Source: Octopus vulgaris
Taxonomy: Eukaryota
DNA: 64,000 nt
Direction: 5' to 3'
Assembly (NCBI GenBank): GCA_951406725.2
Contig: OX597822.1
Span: forward strand, 31,930,001 to 31,994,000
Shown here: positions 25,664-38,540 of the stretch, piece by piece
How the letters are laid out: each line of letters begins with the position of its first letter
Position numbering within the stretch: position 1 is the first letter of the stretch
Translations under genes and position numbers: made by a program
Notes under the pieces: model-generated
Databases searched by the model: none
Seen by the model: the letters and a program-made list of their open reading frames with translations, nothing else
Told to the model about the DNA's origin: nothing

Positions 25664-26720
25664 TTAGAAAATTTGGTACCTTTTCCTTTTTGATGTTATT
25701 TCTAAGTGTACTGCCAGTTTCCTTTCTCTACTGCTACTTCTACGAGGCCCAATCTCTTTCGGCGCTGGTACCTCAAACATATCATTGCAGGCTTCCATTG
25801 GTATTTCATTTCGCTTATCAGTATGTCTCATCTTTAATTGTTTTAAGTGTCTCTTATGTTCCCAACGTTGTCCTTTAATTACATACATCATGTTACTTAA
25901 TTTTTTGTTACGAAATCACCCACCCAGCCCTCTTTACCATTTTTGTAAATTTTAAAATGAACTCTATCTCTTACTTCAAAATGTTTTGTTGCCTTTTCTC
26001 TATTTCCTTTAAATATATTTTTTCCTAGCAATAATTTCTCGAAAATCGATTTTATTTTTCACGGGAACATTAACACTGCCGAAGACTTTCCTGAACTGGT
26101 ATTAGGATTAGGCGTTATTCTATATACCCTCAAGAATGTCAATACTTCGTTATTTCCTACGTCATTCTTTGCTTTTTTGTAACGCTAGCTTGAAAATATC
26201 AACGAATCTTTCGATCTACCAGTTTGATCCCGAGTGGTAAGGTGGGATAAAAATATGCTTTATCGTATGTATTTTTCAGAAATTTTTGAATTCACTACCC
26301 CTAAATTTTGTTTCGTTATCTCATACCAACGTATCTGGAACCCCGTATCGGGCAAATAATTCATACAGGAACTTTATTGCTGTCTTTGCTCTTGGTCTAT
26401 TGTACCTGCATACCTCAGGCCACTTTGTACCGCAATCAACAACGATACCGGTGTTGCCTTGGCTGCTAACGCACAACTTCTACATGATTTTACACAATTT
26501 TCTATGTCCTGGTCCATTGTCGACCAATATACATAGCTCATCATTAAGGCTTTCATTCTCGACAGTCCCTGGTTCTCACTGTGGAATTTATACAATACTC
26601 GCTTCTGTAGTGCAGTTGGTACTACCACTCTTTCTGCGTACATTGCAACATCATCGCATAGTGAACATTTATTTGAATTTGTATTGTCATCTTGCTTATA
26701 TTCCAACATTTCTTTCATTT
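25664..26720 (-). pseudogene. Gypsy integrase remnant
   Basis: VVVPTALQKRVLYKFHSENQGLSRMKALMMSYVYW..DIENCVKSCRSC (HHCC region); FARYGVPDTLV*DN; KRHLKQLK. Confidence 0.85.
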
Positions 26721-26989
26721 TTTTAAATGTAATTATCCTCAGCAGATTTCATTTTATATCTTGCGATGTCACTAGCAGTTCGTGAATAATTGTTATACAT
26801 AATGTTTCTTCATCTTTTCTCCGATGGATTATTTTTGCTAGTGGACAGCCGTTTATTAGGTTACAGTACCGTCTTATTAAGAGAACCCATAAATCGAATA
26901 ACTCCATCCAGATTGGTTGCGTTCTTTACGACGAAAACTTTCACCTTGCAAGTTTGTGAATAACGGTGGTAATGAAACTGAAGACAATG

Positions 26990-28360
26990 GTGGTGACAGT
27001 GTTACACCCGGTAGGCTCAGAGATTCTGTGTCGATATCCAGAAAGGCCCCACCACACACAGATGGATAAAGTAAATTAATGCTGTTGTCATGCAGTGTTA
27101 CCTGAGCAGCCCGGTAGATGAAAATGGCGTATGTATGATCATTGGAGAGAAAAGGGATTGTTTCAACTCACGGAACAGAGACTATGTGATCAAGCTAGAG
27201 CAATAAGAGAAAATTGTTGGTTCACAGAAGTAGAGCTCAAAGCTATCAAAAGACGGGTCATGGAAAATAGCAGCATAGATAAGAATGAAAATACAGTTCA
27301 TACTAATAAGAGTAATCTCATAGCACAGGAAAGGAGCAGTGATAGCTTACTTGATGAGAGACATATAGATGATCTAAAAGAAGATAATAAAACTAATGGT
27401 GACATGGCAGATGAACAAAAGACAATCTACAACAGAATAAAGGTAAGATTACAGGAGAATGATAGCGACATTATTTGCAACCTTAAAAAGGTTGATCGAT
27501 GGAAATTGAAGTAAGAAACGAAAAGTGTCAATGAAATTCTGAAATACATCAGAACAAACAACATCACAGAAACAAATAATTTGATCAAGGCAGCAAGTAT
27601 TGTTGTAGCAGAAAACGTGGGTGTTGATGTCAAGAAAAAGAAACACGGGTGTGACAAAAGAAAAGATCCACGGTGGAAAAGAAGAATCCAGGCAGTGTTA
27701 GACACATGCTCTCGAAGGAAATCTCTGTGTTAGACCGAAAAGAGAAAGGGGAGCTTAAAAGCGAACAAAAATACAGGGCGCTGAAAAAGAAATATAATAT
27801 TGAAAGAAAGGGCCTGAAAGTAGTAAGTGAAGGAATTGAAACAGCGCCTCGTTGCAAAGAAAGCATAGATGGTAAGATACGACCAAAGAATGAAGGGTTA
27901 CCACCTGAATAGGTTATTCAGAGTAGATCAGAAAATATTCTATAAAGAAATAAATGGAGAGTGTACAGATGAAAAGTTGATACCAGATAATATTGCAAGT
28001 CAAAGGTTTTGGGGTGACATCTGGTGCAAAGAGAAGGAGCACAAGAAGGATGTTGAATGGTTGCAAGAACTGAAACAAACAGTAATCTCTCCAAAACAGA
28101 CAGAACTAGTCATTTCAGTTCGGGAAGTGAAGGAAATCAGGAAAAAATGAGCAACTGGAAGGCCCCGGGACCAGATGGAGTTCAAGGCTACTGGATCAAA
28201 AGATTTGGTGAATGTCATGCACGAATAGCTGCGCAACTCAACACCTTGTTAAATGCCAACCAAGTAACACCAGAGTGGTTGACATTGGGTAGGACAGTGC
28301 TGTGCCTGTAAAACAACGAAAAAGGCAATACGGTAGACAATTACAGGTCGATATCCTGTA
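26990..28360 (+). pseudogene. R4/Dong-like non-LTR retrotransposon ORF fragment (N-terminal region to the start of RT)
   Basis: LTEQRLCDQARAIRENCWFTEVEL; NRLFRVDQKIFYKEIN; [18 protein letters not shown]; [11 protein letters not shown]; NYRSISC. Confidence 0.8.
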
Positions 28361-28363
28361 ATC

Positions 28364-28406
<43 letters not shown>

Positions 28407-28445
28407 TAATAATAATAATAACAATAATAATAATAATAATAATAA

Positions 28446-28592
28446 CATCGAAAAATACCTTAGGAATGAGAGCCCAGGTTCGAATTTTCCCCCAAGACAT
28501 CAGATGAAGGCTGGAGAATATATCAGCAGAAACGTTGTGTTGACAACAAACAAGATGAGGACAAATCTCCGTCAAATGTCAATAATGTAAAT
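28446..28592 (+). mobile_element. (AAT)n-associated hammerhead element, second copy (motif at 28496-28541)
   Basis: gacat CAGATGA a ggctg..cagca GAAA cgtt gtgtt. Confidence 0.6.
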
Positions 28593-28599
28593 AGTTTGC

Positions 28600-29650
28600 C
28601 CTATTTACTTCCACGTTTCGGTGTAAATGATAGACATTTTACTACCAGTGTCCAGTTGTAATCTAACATTTACCTTGTTTACTTTCAAGTGTACAAATTT
28701 CCTTATTTGCTAAGAGCACTTTAGAATTTTTTAATATTTAACCTTCGGAATTTTGTTCTTCGGTGTGAACTCTTGTGTTCAATTTTTTGACAGCTGTAAC
28801 ACTTTAGGTTTTTAAAAGAACAATCTTTCTGAAATGTAGGCCACCACATCCGTAACATGGATTAGGACCTCGCAATCTTCTTTGGTTATATTTTCTCGGT
28901 CGACATATCTGTACTTTTGCAAAATCCTTTTTCTTGAATTTTTCTCACATCAGGTTCTAGGTTTACCATTCATTGACACTCTTCTGCAACAGTCTAAATT
29001 TTGGTTCGCTTGTTCAAGTTTTGAAAGAATTCTTCCCCGTATTTCTGTATCTTCATTTGAAGTAAGGCCTTGTACAAAAATGATGCATTTAAACATATCA
29101 GGAGTAAGTTTTTAAGTTCAAAATTTTCACACATTCTGGTGATTGTTCCTGCATACGTAATAAAGTCATCATCGTCTTTTTTAGTGAAATTCCAACACTC
29201 CATTCGAGTGTTAAATAGAGAATTTTTATCGCCAAACATGTTAAACAGTAATTTGATTGTTTCCTGAAAACAAATTTCACTACACATTTTGGGCAATATG
29301 AAATTACAGTATCTTTTTATGTTCAGATGGAGCTAATTAACGTAATAATAACCTTACTTTATCTTCGTCTGACCATATCTTGTAATCTTCCTTAAAAATA
29401 TCCTCGTACCTTCAGTATTACGCTGCAAAAGATATGCCATCCTCTCGGTTATAATTGAATTCTGTTATGGCATTCGGTACGCCGTCTGGCGGAAACGAAC
29501 TTATCGCATCTTCGGACTTCCTTGCGTATAGATCCATTAATTTGTGTTGTTGTTGTTGCACTAGTTCTTTCTGTTGCTCTTATTGCTGTCAATGTTGTTG
29601 CTTTTGCAACTGCATTATAGAAGCTAATATTTCTTTCAACATTTAACAAG
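28600..29650 (-). pseudogene. Gypsy gag (CCHC knuckle) and aspartic protease remnant
   Basis: ETIKLLFNMFGDKNSLFNTRMECWNFTK; CYGCGGLHFRKDC; VRLQLDTGS. Confidence 0.8.
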
Positions 29651-29742
29651 TTATATCACGAGCAAATTGTTAAATATTCTACGTGAGCTTCGGACCCCTC
29701 GTAGTCAGATTTTGCATCCTCCGTCTCCAATGTCATAGTAAC

Positions 29743-29974
29743 TATTTCTTTATTGCCCACAAGGGGCTAAATATAGAGGGGACAAACAAGGACAGACAAA
29801 CGGATTAAGTCGATTATATCGACCCCAATGCTTAACTGGTACTTATTTAATCGACCCAGAAAGGATGAAAGGCAAAGTCGACCTCGGCGGAACTTGAACT
29901 CAGAACGTAGCGGCAGACGAAATACCGCTAAGCATTTCGCCCGGCGCGCTAACGATTCTGCCAGCTCGCCGCCT
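29743..29974 (-). mobile_element. SINE family B inserted at the inner end of the 5' LTR
   Basis: Family B sequence flanked by tgtcatagta at 29731-29740 and 29981-29990 (TSD). Confidence 0.85.
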
Positions 29975-30284
29975 TTTCAGTGTCATAGTACCGCCACGAT
30001 ATTGTGGCGGATGGTTTAGATCCACTGTACCAGTGTTATAACAATAAACAAGATAATGATGCAGTCATAATAACAACGTAACGATCCAACAAGCTCTTCA
30101 CGAACCAACAACCAATATTCCAAACAAACAAATCAGACGACACCTTCCGATTTCACTGCGAACTCAGTTCAAACTAACACACAAACTTCACTCCAACCGC
30201 AGCTATTTCTCGCAAGGAGGCGTCGTGACTCGTCACAATATGTAATACATGCATGTATACCTAACCTAGATACATGCATACATA

Positions 30285-30680
30285 CAGGCTTGTGGTAAAA
30301 AGCTTGCTTCCTAACCACATGGTTCTGACCTCAGTCTCACTGCGTGGCACCTTGGACAAGTGTCTTTTACTATAGCTTCGGGTCAACCAAAGCCTTGTGA
30401 GTAGATATGGTAGACAGAAACTGAAAGAAGCCCAACGTATATATATATATATGTATTTATATTTATGTGTGCGCTTTGTGTGTGTGTTCGCCCACCCACC
30501 AGCGATTCACAACCGATGTTGGTGGGTGTATACCCTCAAAGCATAGCGATTCGGCAAAAGAAGCTGATAGAATAAGTAGTAGGCTTACAAAGAATAAGTC
30601 CTGGGGTTGATTTGTTCGACTAAAGGCGGTGCTCCAACATGGCCGCTGTCAAATGACTGAAACGTGAAAAAGAGTAAAAG
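30285..30680 (+). mobile_element. SINE family A, diverged
   Basis: Family A blocks in the expected order. Confidence 0.8.
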
Positions 30681-30683
30681 CGA

Positions 30684-30727
<44 letters not shown>

Positions 30728-31772
30728 TTTGCATCAACGTCAAGTTTCCTCCAATCGATGAATAGTGTAAGCTATTGCAATCATGACAATACTGCCTCAT
30801 TTTCTTGCACTGTGTATATAGGATCACTTTTGAAGAAATGATACCTTCTTCGATAAGGCAATAGTCTGTGATCTTCAGGTGTATTTAGCATCTATTTTTA
30901 GCAGGGTGATATTTTCTTCGTTGTTTTGCTTACATGCTACACTTAGTTACCAACACATGTGGAAGATAGATTAGTTGTTATTCGGTAGAGTCTTGTCTTG
31001 TGATTAAAAGCTAGTGCTGAATTATTTTGCACTTTTGTTGATGTAATCGTATAAAGATGAAGTACTAACGTTTGTTTCTTAATTCCTCAGGGACAAAACT
31101 CTTAGAAGAAACAATCTCAAAGCAAAAACAATGAGAAAGATATGACAACAGCATGGGTGGGAAATAGGAGCCTAAGTTAAAAAAGCCTAAAGCAGGAAGG
31201 AGAAATAGTGTGTTTTGTTGCATACGAGCATGAGTGCAAGTTGGGTAGGAGAAGGAGGAGGAGAATATGAATAATGAAATAAATTCTGACGCATGACAGG
31301 TAGGTCAGCTAGAGACATACAGCTCGACAGATTGTACACGTACCTGTATACATACATATTTGGATAGAACTCCGTCGTTTTCGGTGATTATGATCGAGTC
31401 GTTAGCTCAGGTGTATTGCCTGCATATTGAATTAGCATGTAAGTAGCTGAATATTTCGTAGACACATGTACTTTCTATGAAATTCTAAATCAGAATTAGA
31501 GTGATACACTGCATGACAAGGGTGTACTTTTAAATTAGGGAAACCATATATTCGACGGACTTCTATACAGTTTTCTCTTGCCCCAAATTATTCACAAGTC
31601 ACAGCGTCAAATTGAAGTTTTAGAAAATTTATTTTAGCCACGATGCCATGAAGGAGGACCGAACTAAGGACTAGTTGTTGCAAAGAATATTTGCAAGCCA
31701 TTAGAGCATGTTATATACACAACGCGCACGCACACTCACACAGATATTTATATACATACATACACACACACT

Positions 31773-31803
<31 letters not shown>

Positions 31804-31884
31804 GTCAGTGTGTATATTTGTGCATATATATATATATATGAGTGTGTGTTTGTGCGTATTTGTTTATGCACAAATATACACACT

Positions 31885-31928
<44 letters not shown>

Positions 31929-32259
31929 TAGATAGATAGATATGTCAGTGCGTATGTTTGTGCATATATATATATGTATATGTATATATATATATATGTG
32001 AGTATTTGTTTTGTGTCTGTGTTTGTCCCCCATCATCACTTCACAAACAATGTTGGTGGGTTTACTTCCTCAAAACTTCGCAGTTAGGCAAAAGGAACCG
32101 ATAGAATAAGAAATAGATTTAAGAAAAGAAATAAGTACTAGGGGTGATTCAATTGACAAAAATTCTTCCAGGTGGTAGCCAAGCATGGCTGTAGTCTAAT
32201 GACAAACAAAAAAAAGTTACAGGATATACACACAATTATATGCATATATATATATATAC

Positions 32260-32290
<31 letters not shown>

Positions 32291-32380
32291 GAGAGAGAGA
32301 AAGAGACAGACAGACAGACAGTCAGACAGAGAGAAAGAGATAGGAAGAGAAAAAGAGAGAGATACACATACACACACACA

Positions 32381-33251
32381 GAGGGTGCGGTGAATATATT
32401 GTCGTCTAAATTACGCAAAAATGAAAATAACATTGACTCGTTATGTAATAACAGATATATTACATAAATTACATAAAAATATCTTGACATATTAAAGAGT
32501 AAATTTATACAATAAAACGCCATTGGCTTCAACTATGGCCTCCAGACGACTTAGGAATCTCCTGCAACGTTTCTGGACGGTCTCCTTATTTAGGTTCATG
32601 AAGGCTGCCATAATCGTTGTCTTCAGTTCATCATTGGTGTTACAAGGGGTTTTGTTGGTCTCTCGCTCAACTGTACCCCACAAATAATAATCAATGGAGT
32701 TGCAGTCTGGGGTGTTAGGTGGTCAGATGTTAAGGGTGATGTGTTCGCAGAAATCGTCTGACAGCCTGACTGGGTTCCGCTACTTGTGTGGCATGGTGTA
32801 GAGTCTTGCCAGACAAAAGATCTTCTAGCAGCCACCCTCTTGACGCAAGGCAGCACTACCTACTCCAGACACTAGACGTAGGCCTCTGTGTTGAATCTGA
32901 GGACAAGTGGGAATATGAATGAAGCATAAAGTTACATTACTAGTGATCACTCCAAACACTATGCTGTTGAAAGGATTTTTGTTTACTCTCGGTACATGTT
33001 TTGGGGACACAGCAAGCCAAAAAGTTTTCTGTGTGTTCACCATCTGTTCGTGCTGGAGATTTAGGCGCGAATGTCAAGAAGTACAGCATGTCATTTCTAA
33101 ATTTCTGTCACAGTGAATTGGGTCATGGTGCTGTTTTTCTCTCAGACGGTGCACAACTGACCTTACCATATTGTGTCGTCGATAAAAACAAACAATGAAC
33201 ATGTGTGAAATTCAAAATACACAATGGCGATAATTTACTCACCCCACCCTG
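32381..33251 (-). mobile_element. Internally deleted Tc1/mariner-superfamily transposon with a decayed DDD transposase
   Basis: Imperfect TIRs gggtgcggtgaatatattgtcg / cgataatttactcaccccaccctg; peptides IVFGVITSN, FVWQDSTPCHTS, WGTVERETNK..FLSRLEAIVEANG. Confidence 0.8.
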
Positions 33252-33290
33252 TATACATGCATACATGCATACATACTTACACATTCACAC

Positions 33291-33590
<300 letters not shown>

Positions 33591-34329
33591 TGATTAAGGA
33601 CCTTGTAAAGATATTCATCTGAACATATTATTCATGTTATTGAATCTTATAACATTTTAATAAAAAATTATAGCATGCACTTTCAGGAGACCAAGTGTGA
33701 ACGACATGGTGACGTATTGAATCAAAGGAATCTAACATTATTAATTCAATGTCTTGCCGCCAGAAACTAAATTTCTTAGTGGGGAGATAACCAAATTTTG
33801 TAATGGTAATTTTTAATAGGTGTGAGATAGCCGGAATGTATCCAGGGGACCAACCAAGTAATCAACCAACCGACCGACCGACCAAGCGACAAACCGAGCA
33901 ACGAACCACCCAAATCGCTAATGCCAAAACGAAATCCATGTTTTTATCAAAAAAACATCCACCAGAAAAAAATAAGACGTCATCAGAATTATAATGAATT
34001 ACATATTAGATACTTTCACATATACCTTTAGATGATATTCGCCGATTCCAAAACACTTCGTTAAAAGCGAAAAGTCTTGTACACAACAGAATAATGATCT
34101 ACACGCAAGGTGACAGAAAGTCTAAAACACCCTCTATTATTCTCTTCTTTTCTTTCACTCTCTTGTCCACTAATGCTATATAATAACTCAGTATGACCGA
34201 ACTTTCAGTATTCCATACTTTTCTTTTTATTCGCCGTTCATTTTTGACATATTTTCCACTCTGTCATTGAATTTTGTGAACATTTAATCATTGAAAAGTA
34301 TTTTCTACTTCGTAATTTTCAATTTTGCT

Positions 34330-34672
34330 TTACTGTTTACATCTCGTTCAGAGATTTATTGTTGCTTGCATACAGTTTTTCGAGATCAGTGACGAAAAGT
34401 TACTGGAAAAACGATATAAAGATTTGCATCGGGACCCCTTTCATCGACAACCGGTGACTGCCGTACGCTGAAGACAGGCAAATACCTAGAAACTGCAGTC
34501 CGTGCGTGTCACCTAGGTTGACGAGGGTGGGATGACCTCCCTTTGCAAATACCATAAGGGCACAGAAAGTGTGTCTAAAGTCAGCTGGAGACGATGATCT
34601 CCTGGGACTACAAGCTACAGTAACACCCACCCTTAGTGGTTAGCCATATTGTGATGGCTAGTATACCTTATA
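34330..34672 (+). mobile_element. Diverged retrozyme-like monomer homologous to the 360-bp array unit
   Basis: Shares colinear blocks (acctccctttgca, agggcac, cctggg.cta, cagtaacaccc, tagccatatt..gatggct); absent from the paralogous host repeat near 40800. Confidence 0.8.
34448..34520 (+). ncRNA. Type I hammerhead ribozyme motif with canonical core; predicted cleavage after 34500
   Basis: caacc ggtgac tgc cgtacg CTGAAGA c agg caaata cct a GAAA ctgcag TC cgtgcg t gtcacc ta ggttg. Confidence 0.82.
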
Positions 34673-35377
34673 TTAAATTTTTTTTAATAAATATTTTTAC
34701 GATTGATAAACAAAATAAAACAAAACGTTGAAACAAGTTTGGGATGTATGTAAATAAAGTTATTTAAAAACAAGTTTTTCAAATTCAGTGCCTTTTCAAA
34801 ATCAAATTATCCTATATTTTCTGCCTCGTAGGAATACGCACCTTACTACCATATATGTATATATCTATAAATATATATGTATATATCTATTTATATCAGA
34901 ACCCATAACAATGTGGTTAGTAAGCAAGCTACTTACCATACTACCACGCACGGACGTAGCTGGGAACCTACAAAAAGTCTCTAAGAGCAGTTAGGTGACT
35001 ATCCTCTACAATCAAGTCCTATTCAAACAAAAACAAATTTGAGCTATGACCTCTCAATAAAACTAGAGCACGCTTGAAACATTAGTCAGAAAGAAGACAA
35101 CTACGACATAAGCTACGTCTTTGGCGTCGTAAGTTAAAGCAGACACGGTTGACTGGGCATGTTGAAACAATCAGTGCTCCGGACGTTTCTGTCATGTGTA
35201 TGTAGGGAATGAACATATGCTTAAGTTCATAACTATTTGTACGCTTCCCGCTACGTCCGTGCGCTAGTGTCACGTGACAGTATATGAGTTGAAAATGCAC
35301 TGACAATAGCTAAAATATATTTTGTTACCTTATTTAAAGTTACTCGATTTTAAAGTTTACACTGATTTTTAAAATAT

Positions 35378-35775
35378 TTGTCTTATGAAGAAAGGCTGAA
35401 GAAGCTCGACCTTTATTCTCTAGAAAAACGTCGCCGCCGTGCTGATCTCATTCTTGCTCACAACATCATTAGCGGAAAGTGTAACCTCTCGAAAGAGCTG
35501 TTCTTCACTCCTGCTCCAGAGCATCGGCTGCGGGGTCACTCCGAAAAGCTCTATCTGCGACGATTTCATCTCAATCGAAGGAGAGGGCTTTCTCCGTCCG
35601 GGTTGCGGATCCGTGGAATAAGCTGCCGGACGAGATAGTGAACGCTCGGTTCAAAGACTCTCTTGACCAGAAATGGCCTGAACTCTTTGCATGAACATCC
35701 TCCTTGTATATAACTCCATGTCCCCCTACATGGCCTTGCTTTTGCTTTTTGAGCCAAAAAAATAACTTAACTTAA
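35378..35775 (+). pseudogene. CR1-like LINE 3' fragment
   Basis: SYEERLKKLDLYSLEKRRRRADLI..RLRGHSEKL..FSVRVADPWNKLP; (taact)n tail. Confidence 0.85.
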
Positions 35776-36035
35776 TATTCAAATAGAAAACATTGCTTAT
35801 ATCGCGGCTGTCTCGCTTCTAACTTGTGTTTCAAGCTTGCTCTAATTTTATTGAGAGTTCGGAGCTCAAATCAGTATTTGTTTGAATAGGACGTCTTTGT
35901 AGAGGATAGTCACACAACTGGAGTTAGAAATTTCTGGAAGGTTCCCCGCTATATCTGTGTGTGAGTAACAAGTCACAATGTTTGTCGTAGTAAGTTAAGG
36001 CTGACACGGTTGACAGACCATGTTGAGACAATCTG

Positions 36036-36262
36036 TTTCTTTATTACCCACAAGGGGCTAAACGCAGAGGGGACAAACAAGCACAGACAAACGGATTAAG
36101 TCGATTACATCGACCCCAGTGCGTAACTGGTACTTAATTCATCGACCCCGAAAGGGATGAAAGGCAAAGTCGACCTCGGCGGAACTTGAACTCAGAACAT
36201 AGCGGCGGACGAAATACGGCTACGCATTTCGCCCGGCGTGCTAACGTTTCTGCCAGCTCGCC
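36036..36262 (-). mobile_element. SINE family B
   Basis: Reverse complement of family B. Confidence 0.85.
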
Positions 36263-36915
36263 CAGTGCTCTGAGTGTTTTTTGTCAAGTGTTTATAGAAG
36301 ATGAACACATGATTAAGTTTATAACCATTTGTACGCTTCCCGCTACGTTCGTGCGTTAGTGTCACGTGACAGTATATTTTTGCGCCTAAAAATGATGCCG
36401 ACACGGTTTAATTTGTCTGGTGGAAGTGTGGGCATAAATCCGAAATACTAAATCATTCTTCTTTATCAATGCACTGGAAGCACTTCAATCCATTTCCGAT
36501 TGAATAAGGAAAGCTTTCTTTAAAATATATAAGCCACAAGTAAATGTCCTTTAATCACACACTAAAAGGAAGAAAAAAATGAATTTCTTCACAAAAAGCA
36601 ACCAGATACAATAGGTATAATTCGAAAAGTTTAGTGAGTTTTCCTGCGGGGAACCTACAAGAAATTTCTAACATCAGCTTTGTGATTAACATCTACAATC
36701 AAGTTATATTCAAACAAATAAATATTTGAGCTCTGAACTCTCAAAACAAATAGGACAAGCTTGAAACACTAGTCAGAAGTAAGACAACTGCGATATAAGC
36801 ACACGTCTGCCTGTTTCAACATTTTGAAAATGAGTGTAAATTTAAAAATCGGGTAACTTTAAATATGGTACCAAATATATTTTAACTATTCTCAGTGCAT
36901 TTTCTACTTATATAT

Positions 36916-37146
36916 ATTTCTTTACAACCCACAAAGGGCTAAACATAGAGGGGACAAACAAGGACAGACAAAGGGATTAAGTCGATTACATCGAACCCAG
37001 TGCGTAACTGGTACTTAATTTATCGACCCCGAAAGGATGAAAGGCAAAGTCGACCTCGGCGGAATTTGAACTTCGAACGTAACGACAGACGAAATACGGC
37101 AAAGCATTTCGCCCGGCATGCTAACGTTTCTGCCAGCTCGCCGCCT
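36916..37146 (-). mobile_element. SINE family B
   Basis: Reverse complement of family B. Confidence 0.85.
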
Positions 37147-37576
37147 TATTCGAAACTATCTTTCTATCTTTCTACTTATATACTCTTACGTTACACTAAG
37201 GCACGGGCGTAGCGGGAAGCGTACAAATGGTTATAAATTTAAGCATGTATTCATTCTCTACAGACAGTTGACAGAAAACGATCTGAGCACTGTTTCATCA
37301 TGGCCAGTCAACTGTGTCAGCTCGAACTTACGGCGCCAAAGACGTAGCCTATGTCGCAGCTGTCTTGTTTCTGACTAATTTTTAACCTTGCTCTATTTTC
37401 ATTGAGAGTTCATAGCTCAAATCTGTATTTGTTTGAATAAGACTTGATTGTGGAGGATAGTCACGTAACTGGTGTTAGGAATTTTTTGTAGGTTCCCCTG
37501 TACAACTGTTCGTGGCTGCATGGTAGGTAGCTTGCTTACCAAACACATTGTTCCAGTTACTGATATAAATAGATAT

Positions 37577-37695
<119 letters not shown>

Positions 37696-38066
37696 TGGTG
37701 GTAAGGTGCGTATTCCTGCGCAGCAGAAAATATAGGATAATTTGTCTTTGAAAATTATTAAATGACAGGGAAAGATAATATCAAAAATGATCGGTGAAAA
37801 AAATATAAAGTATGGAATACTAAAAGTTCGGTCATACTGAGTTATTATAGCATTAGTGGACAAGACAAAGAAAGAAGAGAAGAAAATAAAAAGCGGATGT
37901 TTTAGACTTTCAGTCTTGGGTATAGTTTTCTATTCTAAGCGTACAAGGCTTTTCGCCTTTAACGGAGTGTTTTGAAATCAGAGAATATCATCTGAAGGGT
38001 TATGTGAAAGGATGTAATATGTGTGGCTGCATGGTAAGCAACTTGCTTACCAACCCCATTGTTCCA

Positions 38067-38117
<51 letters not shown>

Positions 38118-38139
38118 CTATGTGTCTATGTATGTGTAT

Positions 38140-38540
38140 ACTCTTTTACTCTTTTACTTGTTTCAGTCATTTGACTGCGGCCATGCTGGAGCACCGCCTT
38201 TAGTCGAGCAAATCGAACCCGGAACTTATTCTTATTATATCGGTCTTTTTTGCCGAACCGCTAAGTGACGGGGACGTAAACACACCACCATCGGTTGTCA
38301 GGCAATGCTAAGGGGACAAACACAGACATACAAACACACACACGCATACATACATATATATATATATACATATATACGACAGGTTTCTTTCAGTTTCCGT
38401 CTACCAAATCCACTCACAAGGCATTGGTCGGCTCAGGGCTATAGCAGAAGACACTTGCCCAAGATGCCACGCAGTGGGACTGAACCCGGAACCATGTGGT
38501 TGGTTAGCAAGCTACTTACCACACAGCCACTCCTGCGCCT
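38140..38540 (-). mobile_element. SINE family A
   Basis: Reverse complement of family A. Confidence 0.9.

Larger units (their letters stand above)
25369..30237 (-). mobile_element. Decayed Gypsy/Ty3 LTR retrotransposon (RT/RNase H not found), with nested LINE, SINE and hammerhead element
   Basis: 5' LTR 30237-29731 (TG..CA); PBS-like tggagacggaggat 29729-29716; gag; protease; integrase; PPT aaaagggaga 25560-25551; partial 3' LTR 25550-25369. Confidence 0.85.
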
